A stretch of DNA of 63,983 nt, the filler included, from Licmophora abbreviata (lineage: Eukaryota), in NCBI GenBank assembly GCA_900291995.1. It is 12 parts of 12 records of this genome, joined end to end, with 100 filler letters (N's around TTAATTAATTAA, not from the genome) between each part and the next. Parts side by side here need not be neighbours in the genome. Positions count along the whole stretch, not along the records: positions 10,447 to 16,053 come from OLMU01005101.1; positions 16,154 to 19,965 come from OLMU01005104.1; positions 20,066 to 26,615 come from OLMU01005105.1; 9 more parts are not named here. One strand, written 5' to 3'. How positions within the stretch are numbered: position 1 is the stretch's first letter; each line of letters starts with the position of its first letter. The translations under genes and the position numbers were made by a program. The notes under the pieces were generated by a model, which was not told the origin of the DNA, made no database searches, and saw only the letters and a list, made by a program, of their open reading frames with translations. Shown here piece after piece: positions 11,097-23,000 of this stretch.

Positions 11097-13832
11097 ATGT
11101 CGGGCGATAGTTCTCAGTCCACAGTCGTCGCCGCTGGCGTCGGAGCGACCCTGCAGCTCTTTCGATTCTCATTCGATGTGATCGCTACGGCCTCCCAGCA
11201 TGCTCGAACACAGGAGATGAAAGCCGAGACGAAGAGGACGAGTAGTGACGGGAATGTGGAAGAGTCCAAAACGGGACGCCGTTCTTCTGTGGTCTTCTTC
11301 AATGGACGGTTTTCAGCCAAACGGAGCAAACTCAATCTCAGCTCCATGAATGGCACCACGACCGGTGAAGTCAAGAACGACGCTGACGATGTCGATGATG
11401 GCGTCACCACGGTTCTGACACCCCAACAACGAATATTGACTTACTGCTCGACACTGTTGAATCTTGCACTCTTTTTCTACTTCCTGGTAGCCTGCATCCT
11501 GAATGCGACTGGCAATGGTGGAAATGGAACGCTGTATGATGCAATACCGTTGGGCTGTGCCACCGTGGGATTCTTTCTGTGCTGTGTTCTCAATGTACGA
11601 GACTTTTCCAGGAAACGCTTCTCGTTCTTGCAGAGAACGCTGCATGTCATGTCCTCGCTTATCTTTCTGTTGGCAATCGTCTTCTTGTTGGCTCTCGACG
11701 ACAACACTAGCAACGACATGACCACTCTAGACATCGTCTCCTTGGTCGCATTCAGCCTGTTCACCATTATGGCTTTCTTGGAATCCAAACTCCTTCCCTA
11801 TTTCTTCGAAACCACGCACTCCCATGACAAGAAGGCCAAACTGTCCAAGCGTGCGGTCTTTACAGTCTTGAAGCCTTACTTCTGGCCGGACGCGACGTCG
11901 ACATCGGCCACGTTGAATCGTGCTCGAGCCTTGACAACATGGGTGTGTGTCGGCGCATCCAAGAGTTGCAGTTTGTTTGGCCCAATCTTTCTTGGTAAAG
12001 CGTCTACAGCATTGTCCCGCGGGGATTACGAAGAATGTATCAGAAACAGTATCTACTACGCCCTCTTGAACTTTTCGGGGTCCTTTTTCAAAGAAACGCA
12101 GTCTCTTGTCTATCTGAAAGTGGCACAAGCTGCCTTTGTTCAGCTGTCAGAAGTTGCTTTTCATCATCTGCATTCGCTTAGCCTGGACTGGCATTTGAAG
12201 AAGAAGCTTGGAGAAGTCATCCGAAGTATGGACAGAGGAATTCTGGCTTGCGATACCTTGATGAAATACATGTTTCTATGGCTGCTGTAAGTGAAAACTA
12301 TGCAAGTGCGATGGAATGGTGGTGTCTGTAGGTCACAACAGCTGATCCATCTCTTCCCTCATCTGCTCAGCCCTGCCCTTGGAGAATGTATCCTTGTTTG
12401 CATCATCTTTGCAATCTACTTTGATTACTTCCCCCTCGCTGTCTCGGTCTTCTTCTTCGTCTTTGCCTATGTTATGATGACGATTGTACTTACACTTTGG
12501 CGCAAACGTTTTCGCAAGGCGGTCGCCATCTCTGATAATGACTGGCACGACAAAGCAACCGACTCACTGGTGAACTTCGAGACTGTCAAATATTTCACAG
12601 CGGAGGAATACGAGATGAAACGATTTGGTGAGTCTGTCAAGACCTATCAGATGGGGAGTGTCAACGTGGCGGCTTCGCTGGGTTTGCTCAATATCTCTCA
12701 GCAAGTATTACTGCAATTGTGCTTGGCAACTTCTTTGACCCTGGCCACGATTTCGATTCGAGACCGCTCGAATTGTTGTATCACAAACGGGTGTGAGGAT
12801 GGCAACTCAAGCTGCTGTTCGCAGCTTGAGAGCATTTGCTCCGGAATGGAAATTGGAGACTTTGTCGCCGTCTTGACGTACACTCTCAATCTCTTCACGC
12901 CTCTCAACTTCTTGGGCTCTGTGTACAATGCTATTGTCATGGCAATGGTCGATCTAGCGAATCTCTCGGAACTGCTTGCGGAGTCACCAGATGTGACGGA
13001 CACTCCCGACGCCATTGAGTTACCACCTCGCAACAACGATGACCCAGAGACAGTTGTGGAATTCGACAATGTCATCTTTCACTATCCATCGCAACCGGAA
13101 ACGAGTGGTCTGAAAGGTGTATCCTTCAAAATGAAGAAGGGAACAGTGAATGCAGTAGTTGGTTCAACTGGGGCGGGGAAAACAACTGTTTCACGTCTCT
13201 TGTTTCGCTTCTATGATGTTGTCGGGGGTGCCGTGAAAGTGAACGGGGTGGATGTGCGAGTCATAAAACAAAAGTCTCTTCGAGACAAGATTGGAGTTGT
13301 TCCCCAGGCGACCACCATGTTTAACGATACGCTCGGCGAAAATATTCGATACGGGCGACGGGATGCTACACAGGAAGACCTCGACGAGGTCGCAAAGGCA
13401 GCGCAGCTCACGAGCTTTATCGAGTCCCTCCCGGACAAATGGAACACGACGGTAGGTGACCGTGGTCTCAAGCTCTCTGGTGGCGAAAAGCAGCGCACTG
13501 CAATTGCTAGGTGCCTTCTGAAGAATCCACCTATTGTGATTTTAGACGAAGCGACGTCAGCCCTTGATACTTTGACCGAAAACAGCGTTCAGGAAGCGTT
13601 GGATCGTCTTGGGTCTGATCGCACTGTTTTGGTGATTGCACACCGCCTGGGTACAATCAGGAACGCGGATAACATCATTGTCTTGGACGATGGACGGGTG
13701 GCAGAAGAAGGAACACACGACGAGCTACTCGAACGAGGTGGTAAATACGCTGACATGTGGAACATGCAGTTGAGTTCCACCAGGACAAGTCAAGCCAGTC
13801 TTGGTCTAGATACAGATGCTGATCCCAACTAA
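11097..13832 (+). CDS. ABCB half-transporter, HMT1/ABCB6/ATM type; intron 12287-12370
   Basis: N-terminal extra TM region, HLHSLSLDWH, DSLVNFETVKYF, Walker A GSTGAGKT, LSGGEKQR, ILDEATSALD. The splice restores the frame. Confidence 0.93.
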
Positions 13833-14273
13833 AACGGGACTTTCAAGTGCAGTACTGGTTAAATAGCTAACAGAGCCCCTTCATGATACACGTATGTACC
13901 TAGGACGATACTCGTATTGGTACCTGGGACCTCTACAAAAATGAAATATCGTCGTAACTGGTATGGTAGACTACGGTACTACTTTTCTACCTCCTAGTAG
14001 GCGCCAAAATCCATTTGAATATATTCCGTACGTACGTCCTCCCAAGTCGAAACAGGCGCGACTCGCGCGCGTTCTAGTTGATGACTTCAAGCCCTCCACA
14101 GAAAAAGCCAAGAAGACGCTGTGTGATGTTGACTGAAGCGGCGACGAGGAACACGACACTTCAAGCTCAAAAAGGATACCAGCAGTGTAGCACCCCACGG
14201 TTGGAAACCGGGCGGTGTTTCTAAATTCCCATCCCTTACCTATTTTCTATCCACTCTTGCGTCCGTAGAAAAC

Positions 14274-15748
14274 ATGTTTTTGTTTTCGAACTCTTTATCG
14301 ATCATGCTGGCGGTGGGCGTGTCGACATGCTGTTCGACGGCTGCCTTTCATCCCATGTCCCTCGTCTCGTCTCCTTTCTCCAGCGTTGCTCGGGAGAGCA
14401 CTGTCCTCATGATGAACAAAAAAGCTAAAGGGAAGAAGAAGAAGCAGGGCAGTCGTAGTAAGCCACAGGGCTTCGCAGGCGCGTTGCGAGACTTGCAGCT
14501 GGCCAGTTTCAGCTATGCGGGCGACATCCGGCCTGGGAAACAGAGTCCGCAGCGAATCGTCGTTGAAGAAGGTATCACTCTTCCAGACTACGCACTGGAT
14601 GGAACGGTACGTTTGAGGGTCCATCCAATGAATGTACAACTGAATGTCCCTAGATACTCACATGCTGTGACCTTTTGTTCAGCCCAAGAGTCGGACCAAG
14701 ATGTTGCCTTGGGTAATCGAGGTGAAGACTCCTGCAGAAATTGAAAAGATGCGGGCAGCCGGACGGGTGGCACGAGAAGTCTTAGACGCTGCCGGACGAG
14801 CTGTGCAAGTCGGTGTCAGCACCGATGAGATTGATGCTCTGGTACACGAGGAAAGCCTGAAGGTGCGTGTTGCCCGGCTGCACTTTTTCTTCTTGGCCAA
14901 CCTTGTAGGTCTACACGAGCTCACCTCCTTTCCTTCCTTTCTTAGAGAGGAGCGTATCCCTCTCCCCTAAATTACCACGGCTTTCCGAAATCGTGCTGCA
15001 CGTCTGTAAATGAGGTTATCTGCCATGGTATCCCGGACGATAGAAGGCTGCAGCCGGGAGACATAATCAATCTCGATATTACCTGCTATCTGAATGGCTA
15101 TCATGGTGATTGTTCCGAAATGTTCGTGGTGGGCGAACCGGATGCCGCTGCTAAACGCTTGATCCAGACCACGTATGACTGCTGGGTGTCAGCTATGGAT
15201 TATGTCAAGCCGGGAAGAGACTACAAGGAGATCGGCGCCATCATTGAAGACTCAATTGTGCCACTAGGCTATAGCACAGTCCGAAACTTTTGTGGACATG
15301 GCATTGGATCTGTCTTTCACACGAACCCCAACATCTACCATTACAGGAACTCGGAACCAACAGGACAGATGGCTGCTGGGCATACGTTTACGATAGAACC
15401 GATGATTTGTGAAGGCAGTGGTAAGTCGATGGAGGAAAGAGTGGCAAAAGCAGCACTGTGCACATCTCGCCTGTCATCTCACGTCATACTTGCGTTTCAG
15501 CCAAGGCACTCACCTGGCCAGATGAGTGGACGGCCACAACGGTGGATGGAAAGAGATCAGCACAGTTTGAGCACACGCTTTTAGTCACGTCAGATGGTGT
15601 CGAGGCGATGACCGGCAAGATAGAGACCTCGCCTCTGCAGTTCTGGGAGAAGGAAAGCGACGTCCACAAAGGATTCTGGCTGGGAAATACACAAGAGGCC
15701 AAAAAGCGAGCGGAGAAGCTTACTGCGGCATTTGAGAACAGCATTTAA
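14274..15748 (+). CDS. Methionine aminopeptidase type 1, probably plastid-targeted, three introns
   Basis: [55 protein letters not shown] and SAQFEHT spread over exons; signal peptide ending TAA-F. Confidence 0.93.
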
Positions 15749-16155
15749 AAAATGGTATGCAATGCAGGCTTGCTAAACAGATTTGTTATGATCAACCTTA
15801 TCGCAATCTTGCAGGAGTGGACTAACTTATGGAGTAGGGTTTCCCAGAGGTATGCGTAGTCCAAGTTTCAAACATTTGGCCCTACTTCACTGTAGCGGTA
15901 TGTCTTTCGCCATCTCCGAGATTCATCAGTGGAGCCATTTGGTTAAGGTGCCGAGTGAGAAAGGACGGACGGCAGGAGGACCAGAGTGATTTGATTCGAT
16001 TCGAGTGAGTCAGAGAAAATGTTGAAAGTTTTGTGGATGTTGATGAATGTGGTNNNNNNNNNNNNNNNNNNNNNNNNNNNNNNNNNNNNNNNNNNNNTTA
16101 ATTAATTAANNNNNNNNNNNNNNNNNNNNNNNNNNNNNNNNNNNNNNNNNNNNAT

Positions 16156-19100
16156 CAAGCCTTCTGGGATCTTATCGCCGAACGTGGATATGTCCAAGAA
16201 GTCATCGGCGTCCGTTACGGGAAGGGAGAAGTTCCATGGGATGGCAACATCGGAAATTCTTCCTTTCCGGCGTCTCCGTACGAAGGCCTCATTACCGACG
16301 GCAAAGAGCTCGAGTTCGACTGCTCGCTCTTCGGCATGTCTGTTATTGACGCCAAGCGTATGGACCCCCAGATCAAGATGATGCTCACGGTTACGTGGGA
16401 AGCTCTCCAGCGCGCAGGAATGGACCAGGCTGCGCTACACAACTCCGACACTGGCGTCTTCATTGGAAATCAGACGTCTGCCGCTGCGGGTTGGAGGGCG
16501 CCAATGGGAGCGACATCTCCCGACGTACCTGGTCGAAGTGGTGCCATGATTGCCAACCGTATCTCCTACCACTTCAACTGGATGGGCCCATCGTTCTCCG
16601 CCGCGACAGCATGCTCTTCAGGGATCACTGCGCTTGATTCAGCTGTCAAGTCGCTTCGCCTCGAAGAGTGCACCGTCGCCGCATTTGGAGCCGTGCATTA
16701 CCTGGGACACTTGCAAAGTAGTCTCGGATTCAATGCACTTGGCATCATCTCGAAGACGGGAACATCACGCTCGTTCGACAAGGATGCAAATGGCTACATG
16801 CGTTCAGAGGGTGCCTTCGTCTACATTCTCAAGCGGCTTGCCGACGCAGAGCGTGATGGCGACAAAATCTTTGGTGTCATTCGAGGCTGTGGACTTAACA
16901 CGGCTGGAGCGGAGCCTGATGCTGACGTGCTCACTCAAGGACGAATGATCCTTGCGCCTGTGGGGAACGCCCAGGCCGCTCTCATGACGAAGGTTGCGGA
17001 GGAAGCTGGCGTCAACCCTACCGACGTCGACTACGTTGAAGCCCACGCTACCGGAACCACAGTTGGCGATTCCACTGAAGGAAATGCTATCGGCTCCGTC
17101 TATGGATCTGCTGATCGAAGGACGCCGCTTCGGCTAGCAAGTACCAGAAGCAATCTCGGCCATATGGAATCCTCGAGCTTCACGTGTTCTGTCCTCAAGG
17201 TCCTCCTTATGCTTCAACGGCGACAATTTCTACCTGTCTCTTCGCACTTCAAGGAACCGAACCCGAATATTCCATTCGAGGCCAAGAAGATGCGCGTTCA
17301 GACCACTGTTGAGGACTTCCCAGATCACGATGTGATCGTCGGCATCAACTCTTTTGGATTCGGCGGTGCCAACGGTCATTGTTTGATCGAAGAGTACCGC
17401 CCAGAGACAGAGGTGTGGTCTAGTTTGCCAGGCACATTAGAAGGCAAGACCTACATGGTCCCACTCTCGGCTAAGTCAGATGAGGCGCTCGTTGAAAACG
17501 CCCGTCGTCTTGCGGAACGGCTCCCTGAGCTCGAGGGTGAGGTGGACTTCTACACTTTGGTTGCAAACCTGAGCGTTAGGATGACGCACCACAGGGTTCG
17601 TAAGGCTTTTACAGCAACATCCTTGTCGGATCTCCAGGAACAATTGGTTGCATTCACTGAATGTGCCGATCAAGACGGACATGAAGCTGCTGGAGTGACG
17701 AAGATTCAAAGCCAAGCCAAGGATTACTCGCCAACCTCCGTCATGGTGTTCCCGGGACAAGGTTCGCAGTGGCCTGGCTGCGGAAAGGAGCTTTACGAGA
17801 CGGAGCTCGTATTCCGGCGTGTAGTTGATGTGATCGATGCCGAGTGGACGAAGCTATCGGGCGGAAAATTGAGCGACGTGGCATTCGACGCTGACGACGC
17901 AGGCGAAATTCTCAACGAATGCCAGTGGGCGCAGCCCGTCACATTCCTTCTGCAAGCTGGACTCTTCGAGATGCTCAAAGCTCACGGGGTTCATCCAAGT
18001 GTTGTTGTTGGGCACTCGGCGGGCGAAGCTGCTGCGGCGTACGCAAGTGGAGCCTACTCGCTCGAAGAGGCGTGCCGCCTTGTCTACTATCGCTCGCAGC
18101 TTCAGCAGAAACTTGCCGGATCGGGCCGAATGCTAGTGTTGATGCAAGACGTGGCCTCAGTCAAGGAGACCCTCACGCGTCTTGGCTTTAGCTGCGGCGA
18201 AAGCGAAGGTGGCATTTCAAACGACGTGGAGATAGCGTGCTTGAACTCACCGACCAACACGGTCGTTTGTGGAACTGAGGAAGTGATCACGAGAGTTCGC
18301 GATCAACTTGAAGCTGACGGACAGCCAGCTGGAAAGCTCATTCCTGGAAACATTGCCTTCCACTCAAGTCACACCAAACCCATTCATCAGGACTTATTGA
18401 ATGCCCTTGCACCTCTCGATGGCGAAGAACCTCGATCCGGTACTACTCCTATGATTTCCACTGTAACTCGCACTCTGTTGAAGAACTTCGACTCCGAATA
18501 TTGGTGGGAGAATGTGCGAAAGAAGGTCGATCTTCTTGGAGCAATGGACACAATTCGCGAGCGCTTGCACCCGGACGTGCTCATTGAAGTCTCGCCTCAT
18601 ATCACCCTTCGCTCGCCAATCCGTGACTGTTTTACTGAGGACGGAGGGACGTTGCCACCCTATATCTACTCTCTGGTTCGTGGTACAGATGCAGCTGTGT
18701 GCTTTGCTCGCACTCTCGGCAGCTGTTTCGAGGCGGGTGTGCCTGTTGACTTCCAAACCGTCTACCCCCGTCCCAAGCCTATTACTCATGTTCTTCCGGC
18801 CTACGCGATGAAACGAGAGCAAGTTGTTGACAAACTGTTCGACGACTCTGCACTCCTTCGCGAAGAATATCACTGTGCTGGTCCAATGCTTGGTAAGCAT
18901 ATTCAAGGCCCTGCTATGGAGTACCAGGCGGTCTTCTCGAAGTCTATTTGCCGGTGGATTCTTGACCATGTTGTCCAAGGGAAGCCAATTTTTCCCGCAG
19001 CGGGATACATTGAGCTTCTTCTCGAGGCTTTCCACGGTGATCCGATTCGTGTGGTTAGCGCAAGAGTTCTTGCTCCTTTTGTGATTGGTGACGAAGGACG

Positions 19101-19965
19101 GTACCTTCACACGAGTCTTCGCCCGTACTCGTACGCCCCCAATCGATTTGAGTTCTCGGTGACTTCTCGTCCGCATGCTGATTTGAATACCGAAAGCATC
19201 GTGCATTGCGCGGGAATCGTGGAGAAGCTGGACAAGGAAAAAACCTCAATCTCGGTCCCGTCTGGGACGAAGTGGGTGCTGGGTGACGCTGAAAGCGAAA
19301 CCAAAGGATTCGATCTGCACTATGGAGCCAGCGAGCCTTTCTATGCATCCATGGTTGCCAAGATTGGCGAGAGCTTTGCGTACGGACCTTTCTTTCAGTC
19401 CATTCAGAAGATTCATCATAACCCCAAGACGAAGGTTCTGTATGTAGAGATTGCTATCGACCATGAACAGTGGGCACAGTGGGACCGCATGGGTTACATG
19501 TTCCACCCTACAATGCTCGATGGAGCTCTACAACTGTACCTTGTTTACCTTATGGAAGCTTCCGATAACACGGGAGTTCCTCAGATGATGAACGACTTTG
19601 TTATGTTGAGGAAACCGTCGTCGGGACGCATTGTCTGCGTGTACGAACCACCTGAGTACTTGAAGCATCAGCACCAGAAGGGTCAGCTTACATTCGGTTT
19701 AGGAGAGCGACCTGCTGGTACCATCTTCGTGTATGACGGGGAAACCCGCGAGTTAATTGCGTATCTTGGTCAGTACTCAGGGTTCGGCTCCAACAATCAC
19801 GTGCCGGATTTGAAGAGAGTCAAGCACTTTCTCTCTTGGCAGCCGAAAGACGACTGCAACGCCAAGACCGTTGCGTCCAGAGCTGCTGAGGCTCTGTCGA
19901 GCGGAAAGGGTCTCGCATGTGCGGTAGAACTGCTTGTCAAGGATCTTGTGCACAAGGCCCACCCC
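16156..19965 (+). CDS. Type I polyketide synthase, N-terminal half: KS-AT-DH (both ends truncated by gaps)
   Basis: KS: TACSS, EAHATGT, SNLGHME, NSFGFGGANGH. AT: FPGQGSQW, GHSAGE, IAFHS. DH: DHVVQGKPIFPAAGY, HPTMLDGALQ. The frame is open from the contig start (QAFWDLI…). Confidence 0.95.
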
Positions 19966-20065
19966 NNNNNNNNNNNNNNNNNNNNNNNNNNNNNNNNNNN
20001 NNNNNNNNNTTAATTAATTAANNNNNNNNNNNNNNNNNNNNNNNNNNNNNNNNNNNNNNNNNNNN

Positions 20066-23000
20066 CCGGCGAAGCTTGCCATGGAGGAGTGTATCAGCTG
20101 TTTGAACAATACCCCAGCTCAGTACACACTTCTCTCAACCGACACTGAGTATCTCGTTGCTAAGTACCAAGAGAATGGTGCAAGAAACCACGAAGCGCAC
20201 CTTCGTTTCTTCAAGAACGAGGAGTTGACTGCTGATAGTGGGTATCTCAGGCCTGCCATGTTCGAGCTGCTTATTCTGAGGGTAGCTCGATCGCAGGAGG
20301 ATGAGTCTGAGACCGCGCCAGAGGAAGAGCTGAGCAATCTTGCAAAACTCGTGTCGCCTGGCGGTCTTGTTTTGGTTGAATCAACGGGGGCCTCAGTCGA
20401 TGTGCCAGCAGATTGGTCTTGCATTTGGAGAACTCCTGACGAGTCCACTGTCTCAACTGACGAATCTGGGGCTGTGATGCCCACTATCATGCTTTTGCAG
20501 GCGGGAAGCTCGACAGTGGAGAAAACCTCTGTGTCACGCCTGGAATTAGACGCAGATGCGAAACCGTCGATTATCGTCGACGACTCTTTGGGGTATGCTC
20601 ACTACTGGCGCAAGCATGTCACGTCCAACCCTGCCGAGAACTCTGACCGCGTTGATTTCAGTCAAGCTCATCGATGGGAGCGCGTCGATTACTTCGCAAT
20701 GGATGATCAGGAATTGGAAGGCGTACTGGATCCTGACCTTTTCGTTGGGCCAGTGCAGTTGACCGAATGGGTGAAGCCGTTTGCGGCTGGACGCGCTGAT
20801 TCATCAGATCTGGCACCTTGTATTTTCACCGTCTTTACCTCCGGAGCTGTGCTTGATGTGACTTCTCCCAGTCAGACTGGAATCTGGGGTGCAGTTCGTG
20901 CCATGGCTGCCGAGCTGGCCGAATGCAAGGTCGATTTTCGTTTGATTGACATTGCGTCGAAGGAAGATCTCCGCTTCGTCAGCGGCATCGAAGTTATGCG
21001 TGAACGCGAGTTGTGCGTGCACCACGGCCGGGTTTGGACGTCAAGGCTGATTAACCATCGGGAGCTCATGCCCCTCGCCGAGCTAGCCGGCGACGACGGA
21101 ACGGCCTATCGTCTGCACACGAATAACTCTGGTCAACTCGCCGATGTCGAGTTTCGTACGTACGAGTCGCCGCCTCTTGGACCCACGGAGGTCGAGATAC
21201 TGGTAAAAGCATCTGCTTTGAACTTCCGAGATATTATGGTCGGCCTTGGAAGACTGCCGCTTCTGTCGTACGAGCGGTCAATGCTCGGAAGAACGGTGGG
21301 AATGGAGTGTGCCGGTGTAGTGTTGAGATGTGGTAGTTCCGTGACAAAGTTCAGTGTCGGAGATGAGGTGATGGCAATGCAGGGCGGTTGCATTGCCAAC
21401 CGCTTGACATGTGACTACAGGGCTGTCTCACACAAGCCGGAAAACTTGTCCTTTGAGCAGGGCTCGTCTACGCTATCTGTGTACGCAACAGCTTACTACG
21501 CCATGTGTTACTTGGCGCGAATTCGCGAAGGACAGACTATCCTCGTGCACTCGGCAATGGGTGGAGTTGGGCAGGCCGCGATTGCCCTTGCAAAAATTCG
21601 TGGTGCGCGCGTCTATGGTACTGCAGGCTCCGAAACCAAGCGGGCGAAGCTTCTCGAGATGGGTTGCGTCGATGCATTTGATTCTCACTCGACAGACTGG
21701 TACACAGACTTGATGCGAGCTACAGACGGCAAGGGAGTGGACGTTGCTCTCAACTCGCTTGCCGGTATGCACATTGACCTTTGTCTGGAGGCTCTGGCAC
21801 CGGGAGGCTGGCACTGTGAGATTGGAAAAGTTGACATTTTTGCTGACCGGCCGATGAAGATGGCGGTATTCCGAAAGAATCTCCGCTACGCCGCGATTGA
21901 CATTGACAGACTCATGTTGGATGATCCGTTCTTGGTGTCCGAGCTGACAGATGCCTGCTTGGATCTCTTGAAAGAAGAGAAAGTTCCAGCTCTGCCTTAC
22001 ACCACCTTCTCTTACGCCGACTACCAGAGTGCACTTACTTATATGGTGAATGGACGTCACCAAGGGAAGATTGTGCTGAAGCCACCGGAGGCAAACGAGA
22101 AGATTACAGTGATTGACGAGCGACCTCTTTTCGGGTTCGGTCAGGATGGTCAGCCGCGCACAGTCCTGTTAACTGGGTGCTTTGGCGGATTCGGCATTCG
22201 AGTTTTGTCGTATGTCATCGCACTCGGCGCCAAGAACATCCTGATGTTAGACCGGGATCCTTCGGGCCGCCGATCGGCTGAATGGGTATGCCAACATTCC
22301 GGTGTGGATTTCCTCTTGGAGGACAAGACTGACGGCCTCAATATTCAGATAGTTCATGCTGACGTGAGCAAGTACGACGATGTTGTCAAAGCCGTGGACG
22401 CTGTTTCTCTGCTGGGAATGCCGCCGATTGGCTCTGTGTTCCACTTGGCCGGTGTCCTGGATGACAAGCTTCTTGGAGAAATGGATGCAGAATCGTTTGC
22501 CAAAGTCTATGGTCCGAAGGCGAATGGAGCGTGGAATCTTCATCGTGCAACACTGGACTGCAAAGAGATCGAGCATTTCGTCATGCTATCGTCCACTTCT
22601 TCTGCTTTTGGAAATCCTGGGCAAACGAACTACTCGGCAGCTAACGCTTTCCAAGATGGTCTAGCTGCGCTGAGACAACAGAGTGGAAAGCCCGCCACCT
22701 CGTTCTGTATGACGGCACTTAGCGAAACCGGAATGGCGGCGAAAGATCCGCAATTGTTGCAACTCATGAAAACGAAGGGTATGCCTGCAATTTCCACGAT
22801 CTTTGCAATCGAGTCAATGGATTGGGTTCTTCGTCGCGGGGCGAACCACTCCAATGCTGTTGTAGCTCTCGTTACCGACATCGAAACTGACGTTGGCTCC
22901 TCTGATTTCTTACGATCGGTGGCTCAGCTTGCTCGGAACTCAGCGGCCTTCAAGTTTGGAGGAAGTGGTGCGCTGTCGATGGAAGAGATCATCGACCTTG

